The position numbers and the translations under genes are program-made. Below are positions 18,274 to 25,561 of a stretch of DNA of 64,000 nucleotides, piece after piece; the first letter of the stretch is position 1; each line of letters opens with the position of its first letter. This DNA is from an uncultured Clostridia bacterium (GTDB taxonomy: Bacteria > Bacillota > Clostridia > Christensenellales > Borkfalkiaceae): assembly GCA_944372575.1 (NCBI GenBank), contig CALVZS010000007.1:10132-74131 (forward strand), given 5' to 3'. Below the pieces are notes generated by a model. That model ran no database searches. It saw only the letters and a program-made list of their open reading frames with translations, and had not been told where the DNA came from.

Positions 18274-18864
18274 ATGGATACCTATGTTTACCGGATCGGA
18301 AAAAATTTGTATGTCAACCTGACCAACCGCTGTTCCAACCGCTGCACCTTCTGCGTGCGCAACGGCAAGGACAGCTTTGAGGGCTATTCCCTCTGGCTCA
18401 AGGACGGCGAGCCCTCCGCCGAGCAGGTGGAGGAGGCGCTGGGCGGCTGCGATTGCGAGGAGGTCGTGTTCTGCGGCTTCGGCGAGCCCACCTACCGGCT
18501 GGGCGCCATGCTCGAGGTGTGCGACTATGTCCATCTGCACGGAAAGCGGACGCGGCTGAACACCAACGGACACGGCAGCATCATCAACGAGCGCGACATT
18601 GCGCCCGAACTCGTCGGCAAGCTGGACGGCATCAACATTTCGCTCAACGCCTCCAACGCCAAGCTGTATGAAAAGCTGTGCCGCCCCCTCTATCCGGACA
18701 TGGCGTTCGACTCCATGCTCTTTTTCGCGCAGGCGTGCCGCGACAACGGCCTCAACTGCTGGTTCTCCGTGGTGGACTGCATCGGCGCGGCGGAGGTGGA
18801 GGCGTGCCGCGCGCTGGCGCAGCGCGTGGGCATCCCGCTGCGCGTGCGCCCGATGATCGGATAA
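18274..18864 (+). CDS. TatD-associated radical SAM protein
   Basis: 196 aa. NLTNRCSNRCTFC gives a CxxxCxxC cluster. Small size and position next to tatD fit this family. Confidence 0.8.
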   Translation: MDTYVYRIGKNLYVNLTNRCSNRCTFCVRNGKDSFEGYSLWLKDGEPSAEQVEEALGGCDCEEVVFCGFGEPTYRLGAMLEVCDYVHLHGKRTRLNTNGHGSIINERDIAPELVGKLDGINISLNASNAKLYEKLCRPLYPDMAFDSMLFFAQACRDNGLNCWFSVVDCIGAAEVEACRALAQRVGIPLRVRPMIG

Positions 18865-18969
18865 AAAGCGAGAGAGCCGCTCTGCGCGGCTCCCTTTGTT
18901 CTTTTGTGGGGAGGGCCGTTCCCTCCCATGCAGTATGCGCCGCTGCCGGCGTTTGAAAGGAGGGAAGAT

Positions 18970-19806
18970 ATGGAAGATCTGCGCGACATCCTCGCGGGAA
19001 GCGGGTTCGCCTTTAAGAAGAAGTTCGGGCAGAACTTTCTGACGGACGCCAACCTGCTGGACGCCATCGTACGCGACGCGGGCGTAGGGGAGGACACCAC
19101 CGTGCTGGAGATCGGCGCGGGGGCGGGGGCGCTCACGCGCGCCCTCTCCAAGGCGGCGAAGAGGGTACTCGCTTATGAGATCGACGCCTCGCTCAAACCC
19201 GTTCTGGCGCACACGCTCGCCGGGTGTGAGAATGCGGAAGTCGCCTTCGGGGATTTTCTGCGCGCCGACCTTGCCGCCCTCGAGGAGGAGCTGGGCAGCT
19301 ACCGCGTGGTCGCCAACCTGCCCTATTACGTCACAACGCCCGTTGTCATGCGCTTTCTGGAGGAGGCAAAGCGCTGCACGGGGCTGACCGTCATGGTGCA
19401 GCAGGAGGTGGCGCTGCGCTTTACGGCGCAGCCCGGTACGGCGGACTACGGCGCCGTCACGGCGGCGATCGCCCTGAAGGGGGAGGCGCGCATCATGCGC
19501 AGGGTGCCGCGCACCATGTTTACCCCCCGCCCCAACGTGGATTCCGCCGTCGTGTGCATCGACTTTGTGCCGGGGCGCATCCCGGTGCAGAGCGAGGGAG
19601 CATACCGCGCGGTGGTGCGCTGCGCCTTTGCGGGCAGAAGAAAGACGCTGGAAAACAATCTGATGAACACCTTCCGTCTTCCGCGCGAGAGGGCGAAGGC
19701 GCTCCTTTCCGAGGCGGGCATCGCGGACATGGTGCGCGGGGAGACGCTCTCTCCCGCCGACTTCGCCCGCCTCGCCGACGTACTGCACGCCCGCGGCATC
19801 GCCTGA
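18970..19806 (+). CDS. rsmA: 16S rRNA (adenine1518/1519-N6)-dimethyltransferase
   Basis: Start at 18970. FKKKFGQNFL, VLEIGAGAGALT and NLPYYVTTP motifs. Confidence 0.93.
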   Translation: MEDLRDILAGSGFAFKKKFGQNFLTDANLLDAIVRDAGVGEDTTVLEIGAGAGALTRALSKAAKRVLAYEIDASLKPVLAHTLAGCENAEVAFGDFLRADLAALEEELGSYRVVANLPYYVTTPVVMRFLEEAKRCTGLTVMVQQEVALRFTAQPGTADYGAVTAAIALKGEARIMRRVPRTMFTPRPNVDSAVVCIDFVPGRIPVQSEGAYRAVVRCAFAGRRKTLENNLMNTFRLPRERAKALLSEAGIADMVRGETLSPADFARLADVLHARGIA

Positions 19807-19816
19807 TGCGCCTCCC

Positions 19817-20089
19817 TCAGCCGAGGGAGGTGTTTTTTTGCGGTGCGGGAGATTTTGCGCGGACGTCGATGCTGCCGCAGAGCACTTCGGCATAGGAGTA
19901 GGACGTCTTGCCCAGAAAGTTCTCATCGTCGGGGCGTACGGTGAACAGGGCGGGGTACACCCCGGTCAGTGTGCCGCAGAAGCGCTGAATCTTGTTGCGG
20001 CCCAGGCGGATGGTGACGTCCACCGGCTGCGACTGCAGGTCGCGGATGCGGCGGCGGACGCGCGCAATGTCGTTGTTCGGTTTGATCAT
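19817..20089 (-). CDS. veg: Veg (biofilm formation stimulator) homolog
   Basis: 90 aa from MIKPNNDIARVRRRI. ...GVYPALFTVRPDDENFLGKTSYSYAEVL parallels B. subtilis Veg (ETYPSVFVIQLD...ERVSYSYADIL). The upstream part of the track ORF is discarded. Confidence 0.8.
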   Translation of the reverse strand: MIKPNNDIARVRRRIRDLQSQPVDVTIRLGRNKIQRFCGTLTGVYPALFTVRPDDENFLGKTSYSYAEVLCGSIDVRAKSPAPQKNTSLG

Positions 20090-20216
20090 ACCGGGATTTT
20101 TGACAAACTCTCCGAAAAAGATACCTCTTTTTCCCGCGCAGCGGTGCTTCTTTGCGGAATAACCGCCGCCCTCCCCGCATACAATGCAGGGAAATCTCTT
20201 TTCGGGGTGAAGTATC

Positions 20217-21683
20217 ATGAGGACGCAGACGGAGACCTTCCGCGGGTACGGAAAATTGTTCGGGATCGGGGCGCAGACGGCGGTGGAGTGCCGCTTTCCG
20301 GAGGCAGAGACGGTGCTCTCCGCGCACGCGAGGGTGCATCTCGCGGGCGCGGAGGCGGGCAACGGCGAGGTGCGCTATTACGGCCGCGCCCTCTTCTCCA
20401 TCGTGTACGAGGACGCCGACCGGCACATCTGCCGCGCGGAGAAGGGGGTGGAGTTTTCCGCCGTCGCACGGGATGAGCGCATCGCCCCCGCGCAGACGGT
20501 GCGCATCCGGCTCGCCGTGGAGAACGTCTCGGTGCGCAGAGAGGGGGCGAGCATCTTCGTCACGGCGCTCCTCGGGGCGGACATCGCCCTCTTCGGCGAA
20601 CAGATCTTTGACTATCTCTCGGGCGGCGATCTCGTGTGCCGGCGCGATCCCGTCCATGTGTATGTCTCCCATCTCGCCGACGGCGCCGCCGAGGCGGAGG
20701 ACGACTTCGAGGTGGAGCGCATCGGCGATATCCTCCAGCACACGGAGACCGTTCACGTCACCGCCGTCTCCTGTACGGCGGGACAGCTGACGGCGGAGGG
20801 GGAGGTGTTCCTCGGCATTCTCGCCATGCGCGGGGAGGAGCCTGCCTCCTTCGAGCGGCTCATTCCCTTCCGCATCGACGTCCCGTCCGAAGCGGCGCAG
20901 CCCGGCTGCCGTGCGGAAGTGCATGTGGAGGTGTCCGACGTCAGCCTCACCGCGGACGCGGACGAGGAAAAGGGACGCTGCCGCATCCGCGCCGCCTTTA
21001 CGCTGCACCTGCAGGCCATCCTGTGCGAGGAGATCGCGGTGGACGGCGTGACGGACGCCTTCTCCCGCACCAATCAGATCAGACTCTCCTATGCGGAGAG
21101 CGGCAGCGACGGCACGGGCGAGACGACGCAGCTCACCGAGCGTGTGGCGGGCAGGGCGGCGCTCTCCGCAGCCATCGACTTCTCCGACACGCTCGAGGCA
21201 GTCACGATGCAGCGGGCGGAGGCAAACCTCGTGCGCGGGGAGAACGGCACGCGGGCGGAGGGGGTGGCGCTCGCCACGCTCCTCGTGCGCGCGCCCGACG
21301 GGAGCCACCGCGGGATCGAGATGAGCCTGCCCTTCTCCGTCGCCGTCCGGGCGGAGAACGCCGACGTCGACGTCATCGCCTGCGGCATGAGCGCGCGGCA
21401 GAAGGAGGAGGGGACGATCGACGCCGAGGCGACGCTCAAGTTCACCTTCACCGAGCGGCTGCACGCCTGCGCGCGCCTCGTCTCGTCCGCGGAGGAGGGG
21501 GAGGCGGTTCCCGAAAAGGACTGCGCCGTCAGCGTCTACGTTCCGCGCGCGGGCGACGGCCTGTGGGAGCTTGCCAAGCGGCTGAAAAAATCTCCCGAGG
21601 AGGTCATGGAGAGCAATCCCGACCTCGAGTTCCCCATCCGGGAGGGGCAGCGCGTGATCATCTATCGGAAAAAAGCGCTCTGA
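20217..21683 (+). CDS. DUF3794/SPOCS-like repeat protein with C-terminal LysM domain (sporulation-associated)
   Basis: 488 aa. The C-terminal VSVYVPRAGDGLWELAKRLKKSPEEVMESNPDL...GQRVIIY is LysM-like. The body resembles SPOCS-type repeats. Assignment is from memory only. Confidence 0.55.
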   Translation: MRTQTETFRGYGKLFGIGAQTAVECRFPEAETVLSAHARVHLAGAEAGNGEVRYYGRALFSIVYEDADRHICRAEKGVEFSAVARDERIAPAQTVRIRLAVENVSVRREGASIFVTALLGADIALFGEQIFDYLSGGDLVCRRDPVHVYVSHLADGAAEAEDDFEVERIGDILQHTETVHVTAVSCTAGQLTAEGEVFLGILAMRGEEPASFERLIPFRIDVPSEAAQPGCRAEVHVEVSDVSLTADADEEKGRCRIRAAFTLHLQAILCEEIAVDGVTDAFSRTNQIRLSYAESGSDGTGETTQLTERVAGRAALSAAIDFSDTLEAVTMQRAEANLVRGENGTRAEGVALATLLVRAPDGSHRGIEMSLPFSVAVRAENADVDVIACGMSARQKEEGTIDAEATLKFTFTERLHACARLVSSAEEGEAVPEKDCAVSVYVPRAGDGLWELAKRLKKSPEEVMESNPDLEFPIREGQRVIIYRKKAL

Positions 21684-21743
21684 TCGTGCAAGGCGGCGTC
21701 TGCCGCCTTGCGCCGCGCTTTGGAAAATTTCATGTGTTATGCC

Positions 21744-21772
21744 TTGCAATGCGTGTGAAAATGTGCTACAAT
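21744..21772 (+). promoter_or_regulatory. promoter TTGCAA-17-TGcTACAAT, leaderless-type for ispE
   Basis: -35 at 21744-21749 and extended -10 ending at 21772. The first ATG outside the -10 box is at 21780. Confidence 0.55.
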
Positions 21773-21779
21773 GGCAAAG

Positions 21780-22634
21780 ATGGACAGGGTGAGCGTCAGG
21801 GCATACGCCAAAGTCAATTTTACGCTCGATATCCTCGGGCGGGAGGGAGAATTTCATCTGCTCGACTCCCTCGTGAGCACGGTCAGCCTCTATGATCGGG
21901 TGACGGCGGTGCGGCGGGAGGACGGCGCCCTCTCGGTGGACTTTCGCGGCGCGGAAGCGCTCGGGAGCGTCCCGCCCGAAAGCAATGCCTCGCGCGCGGC
22001 GCGCGCGTTCATGCAGGCCTTTTCCGCGGGCGGCGCGGACGTGCGCATCGAGCGGCACATCCCCGCCGGCGGGGGGCTGGGCAGCTCCTCGGCGGATGCC
22101 GCGGGCGTTCTTCTTGCGCTTGCCGGGCTGTACGGCGTCACGGACATGGTGCGCCTCAAGGCCATTGCGGACAGTCTGGGGAGCGACACGGGGTATCTGC
22201 TCACGGGCGGCTGGGCGCGCATGACGGGCAGAGGGGAGCGAATTGCTCCGCTTGCGGACATGCCCGTGCTGCATCTGCTCCTGCTCCTTCCGCCTGCGGG
22301 CGTGTCCACGCCGCGCTGTTTTGCCGAGTACGACCGCCGCGGCGAGGCATTCGCTCCCCGTACGCAGCTGGCGATCGGCCTGCTGCGGGCGGAGGGGGCG
22401 GGCGGGGCGCGCGCCTTCACCAATGCGCTCACCCGGGCCGCGTGTTCGCTGGGCGGCGGCGTCGCCCGCGCGCTGGAGGAGGCAAAAGCGCTCTCTCCCC
22501 TGGGCAGCGGCATGAGCGGCTCGGGCAGCGCCTGCTATGCGGTGTTCGCAAGCGAGGCGGACTGCCTTGCGGCAAGAGAGCGGTATACGGGAAATGCGGC
22601 GGCGCTGTGCGTGCGCACGGTGCCGCAGAGATAG
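21780..22634 (+). CDS. ispE: 4-diphosphocytidyl-2-C-methyl-D-erythritol kinase
   Basis: AKVNFTLDILG and the GHMP kinase loop PAGGGLGSSSADAAG. The ATG at 21771 overlaps the -10 box, so 21780 is preferred. The start is uncertain by 9 nt. Confidence 0.9.
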   Translation: MDRVSVRAYAKVNFTLDILGREGEFHLLDSLVSTVSLYDRVTAVRREDGALSVDFRGAEALGSVPPESNASRAARAFMQAFSAGGADVRIERHIPAGGGLGSSSADAAGVLLALAGLYGVTDMVRLKAIADSLGSDTGYLLTGGWARMTGRGERIAPLADMPVLHLLLLLPPAGVSTPRCFAEYDRRGEAFAPRTQLAIGLLRAEGAGGARAFTNALTRAACSLGGGVARALEEAKALSPLGSGMSGSGSACYAVFASEADCLAARERYTGNAAALCVRTVPQR

Positions 22635-22668
22635 GCGCCGCGCGGATGCGCGCGCCGAAGGAGATCAT

Positions 22669-23577
22669 ATGGAAGAACGCATCATCGATAAGGACGAGCT
22701 GCGCGGCGTCAAAAAAAAGCGCACGGACGGGGAGGAGGACGTCGTCGACATCAACACGACGGACGCCGACCTGCCCGAGGAGGCGGAGTATTCCGTCGAG
22801 TTTGACGGGGAGTACGACGAGGATCTCGTCGGCCTCACGCCCACACAGCTCAAGGAGGAGCTGGAGCGGCGCGAGCGCCTGCGCGAGGAGGCACACGCCG
22901 AGGCGGTCAGGTACCTCGCCACGGGCGAGGAGGCGTTTGAAAAGGGCGACTTTGCGCGGGCGGAGCGCGATTTCCGCGACGCGCTCTCCTATGAGTTCAG
23001 CGAACAGACGCAGGAGCGCCTGTTCGCCGCCGTGACGGACAACTATACGAACGCGCAGCGGCTGCTGCTTGCGGAGAACGCGCAGGACTTCGCCGCGGCG
23101 GAGCCGGACGTGCGCGGGCGCGTTCTGTCTGTGTTCGGCGACGCGCTGCGCACAGAGCGTGCGCAGGCGGAGGAGGAGGCAGCCCCCCTGCGCGAGCGCG
23201 TGGCGGCGGGGCAGGAGGAGCGCCGCGCCCCCTTTGCGCAGAACCGCAGGTACTATCTGGCGCGCTTCCTCGTCTTTCTTGCGGCGTTTGCCGTATTTGC
23301 GGTGGGCATCGCGGTGAGCGCAAGTTTTCTCCTGCGCACGCAGAGTCCCGTCCCCACCATCCTCACCGCCGTGTTCGGCGTCCTCACCTTCCTTGCCCTT
23401 GTAGGATTGCTCGTCTTTACGCGCAAACTGGTGGTCGCGGTGCGCCTGTGCCGGGACAACGAGCGGCTCTCCTCGACCGGGGAGGGCGCCCGCCTGCAGG
23501 CGCTGGAGGAGAGGCTCGCTTCGCTCGCCCTCGTTCTGGACGGCGAGCCGGAACAGCCCGACCCGGACGAAGTGTAA
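22669..23577 (+). CDS. hypothetical membrane protein (acidic/helical N-terminal region, two TM helices)
   Basis: 302 aa from the ATG at 22669 (GGAG SD). Has coding-like codon usage. No motif recognised. Confidence 0.55.
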   Translation: MEERIIDKDELRGVKKKRTDGEEDVVDINTTDADLPEEAEYSVEFDGEYDEDLVGLTPTQLKEELERRERLREEAHAEAVRYLATGEEAFEKGDFARAERDFRDALSYEFSEQTQERLFAAVTDNYTNAQRLLLAENAQDFAAAEPDVRGRVLSVFGDALRTERAQAEEEAAPLRERVAAGQEERRAPFAQNRRYYLARFLVFLAAFAVFAVGIAVSASFLLRTQSPVPTILTAVFGVLTFLALVGLLVFTRKLVVAVRLCRDNERLSSTGEGARLQALEERLASLALVLDGEPEQPDPDEV

Positions 23578-23586
23578 CGTGATCGG

Positions 23587-23616
23587 AATGCCGCGGCGCG
23601 CCGCGGCATTTTTTTG
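23587..23616 (+). terminator. intrinsic terminator
   Basis: Stem AATGCCGCGG/CCGCGGCATT followed by TTTTTT. Confidence 0.8.
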
Positions 23617-23649
23617 TGCCGGACGGGGCGGGAAATTTCCGAAAAGGTA

Positions 23650-23678
23650 TTTACAACCGGTCAAAAATCGTATATAAT
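23650..23678 (+). promoter_or_regulatory. promoter TTTACA-17-TATAAT
   Basis: Read directly from the sequence, upstream of the kinase-like gene. Confidence 0.65.
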
Positions 23679-23735
23679 ATGCTACGGAAACACATTGCGG
23701 GATAAATCCCCGCGGATAAGGAGGAATTTGTAACT

Positions 23736-24476
23736 ATGGAACTCATCTATGAAAGCGCAGGGAAGAAATTCTACCGCGACGGGAACAAGCTCATCAAGTC
23801 GTTTGACGAGAGCTATTCCAAGGCGAACATCCTCAACGAAGCGCTCAACCAGGCGCGCGTGGAGGAGACGGGGCTGAACATCCCCAAGATTCTCGCCGTC
23901 ACGGTGGTGGACGGCAGGTGGGCGATCGTCCGCGAACTCATCGAGGGCGAGACGCTCGAATCGCTCATGGAAAAGCATCCCGAGAAGGAGGATGAATACC
24001 TCAACTTCTTCGTTGACCTGCAGATCCGCATGAGCAAGGAGCGCGTACCCCTTCTGGGTCATCTGCGCGACAAGATGCACATGAAGATCTCCTCGAGCGC
24101 CTATCCCGCCACGGTGCGCTACGATCTGCATATGCGCCTGGACGGCCTGCCTCGGCACAACAAGCTCTGCCACGGCGACTTCCAGCCCAGCAACATCATC
24201 ATCACTTCGGACGGCACGCCCTACATCGTCGACTGGTCGCACGCCACGCAGGGCAACGGCTCGGCGGATGCCGCGCGCACATACCTCATCTTCAAGTTGC
24301 AGGGCAAGGACGCGCTCGCCGAAAAGTACCTCAATCTCTTCTGCGCCAAGACGGATACTGCTATTCAGTATGTTCAGCGCATTCTGCCCATCGTCGCGGC
24401 GTCCCAGTCCGTCAAAGGCAAGCCGGAGGAGAAGGAATTCCTCGACAAGTGGGTCAACGTCTGCGATTGGCAGTAA
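23736..24476 (+). CDS. aminoglycoside phosphotransferase (APH)/choline-kinase-like phosphotransferase family protein
   Basis: 246 aa. Catalytic loop CHGDFQPSNIIITSDGTPYIVDWSHA (HGD...N...D). The stop TAA is immediately followed by repeat copy A. Confidence 0.75.
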   Translation: MELIYESAGKKFYRDGNKLIKSFDESYSKANILNEALNQARVEETGLNIPKILAVTVVDGRWAIVRELIEGETLESLMEKHPEKEDEYLNFFVDLQIRMSKERVPLLGHLRDKMHMKISSSAYPATVRYDLHMRLDGLPRHNKLCHGDFQPSNIIITSDGTPYIVDWSHATQGNGSADAARTYLIFKLQGKDALAEKYLNLFCAKTDTAIQYVQRILPIVAASQSVKGKPEEKEFLDKWVNVCDWQ

Positions 24477-24806
24477 AAGGGTTCACACTTTTTCTTTCGA
24501 ACTGACGAAAGAAAAAGTCGTGAGTTTTATAGACAACCCATTGCACGCCGCAAAAGCGGCTGACAATGTGTTTGTCTCAACCGCGCCAATCAAAATGCGA
24601 TTTTGCTTGCGCGAGTGATGGATGGCAGGTTCACACGTTTTTCCGCGAACTGACGTCGTCGGAACGGAGCGCAATGCGCAGCTGTTTGGCAAAGCCAAAC
24701 AGCACGCTGAAAACGCTCGTTCCTCCTCTTCGCAAAAAATCTTTGCGCAGCAAATCTTTTTTGCGAACCACTGCGAAAGCCGATATATCTCGTGAGGGAA
24801 AGGACA
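24477..24806 (+). repeat. modular structured repeat, copy A (H1 hairpin 24482-24524; module 2 at 24629-24785)
   Basis: Shares the H1 hairpin with copies B and C, and a ~110-nt core with copy B. Starts 1-5 nt after the TAA of the upstream gene. Confidence 0.8.
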
Positions 24807-24845
24807 ATATGCAGGGGCTGTGCCGTAGGCGCGGCCCCTTTTGCA

Positions 24846-24874
24846 TTGACAAAATCCGGTCTGTGCACTATAAT
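24846..24874 (+). promoter_or_regulatory. perfect consensus promoter TTGACA-17-TATAAT, leaderless-type for tcdA
   Basis: TTGACA at 24846-24851 and TATAAT at 24869-24874. The ATG at 24881 is 6 nt downstream. Confidence 0.65.
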
Positions 24875-24880
24875 GGGGGT

Positions 24881-25561
24881 ATGTTGGAACAGTTCAGCCG
24901 CACCGCCCTCGTGCTGGGCGGGGAGGCGGTGGAAAAATTACAGGTCAGCCGCGTCGCCGTGTTCGGGCTGGGCGGCGTGGGCAGCTGGTGCGCCGAGGCA
25001 CTCGCCCGCGCGGGGGTGGGGCATCTCACGCTCATCGACCGGGACAGGGTGGAGGAGAGCAACATCAACCGTCAGCTCGCGGCGCTCCACTCCACGATCG
25101 GGCGGGCAAAGACGGACGTCATGCGCGAGCGCATCGCGGACATCAATCCCGCCTGCGCGGTCATGGCGCAGGAGCTCTTCTATCTGCCCGAGACGGCGCA
25201 CCTTCTGCCCCTCGATGGGTATGACTTCGTCGCCGACTGCATCGATACCGTCACGGCGAAGCTGCATCTCATCTGCACCGCTTTCTCCGCGCACGTCCCC
25301 GTTATCTCGGCAACGGGTGCGGGAAACAAGCGCCGCGCGGACGCTTTCCGGGTATCCGACCTGTCCCGGACGCACACCGATCCTCTGGCGCGCGTTCTGC
25401 GCAGGGAGCTCAAAAAGCGGGGGATCGAACACCTCCCCGTCGTCTGGTCGGACGAGCCGCCTGCGGGAGGGAGCGCGGATGCGGTCGGCTCCCTGCCCTT
25501 TGTCCCGCCCGTCATGGGCTTTCTCATGGCGGGATACATCATCGGAGAACTCGTCAAATGA
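24881..25561 (+). CDS. tcdA: tRNA threonylcarbamoyladenosine dehydratase (ThiF/HesA family, TcdA-like)
   Basis: 226 aa. VAVFGLGGVGSWCAEALARAGVG Rossmann loop and TLIDRD. The track ORF's N-terminal extension runs through repeat copy A and is discarded. Confidence 0.82.
   Translation: MLEQFSRTALVLGGEAVEKLQVSRVAVFGLGGVGSWCAEALARAGVGHLTLIDRDRVEESNINRQLAALHSTIGRAKTDVMRERIADINPACAVMAQELFYLPETAHLLPLDGYDFVADCIDTVTAKLHLICTAFSAHVPVISATGAGNKRRADAFRVSDLSRTHTDPLARVLRRELKKRGIEHLPVVWSDEPPAGGSADAVGSLPFVPPVMGFLMAGYIIGELVK

Noticed and set aside
19817-20362. Full 181-aa track ORF for veg.
   Set aside because: Only the C-terminal 90 aa match Veg. The upstream part is Cys/Gly-rich and overlaps the divergent promoter region.
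17470-22274. Two long minus-strand ORFs (818 aa and 783 aa) antisense to tatD, the radical SAM gene, rsmA, the SPOCS protein and ispE.
   Set aside because: Shadow ORFs in high-GC DNA. The opposite-strand genes have strong motif support.
24481-24524. Idea that H1 hairpins are integron attC sites.
   Set aside because: They are imperfect palindromes with an extrahelical base located just after stop codons, which fits attC. But the ends (GTTCACAC / GTCGTGA) do not fit the RYYYAAC/GTTRRRY core sites, and no intI integrase or cassette array is present.
24566-24880. N-terminal extension of the tcdA track ORF, plus other ORFs crossing the repeats (24483..24698 -, 24590..24868 -, 32791..33003 -, 33022..33582 -, 63443..63823 +, 63556..63990 -).
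   Set aside because: They run through the repeat elements in inconsistent frames between copies. They lack SD sites, and their similarity between copies is at the nucleotide level, not the protein level.
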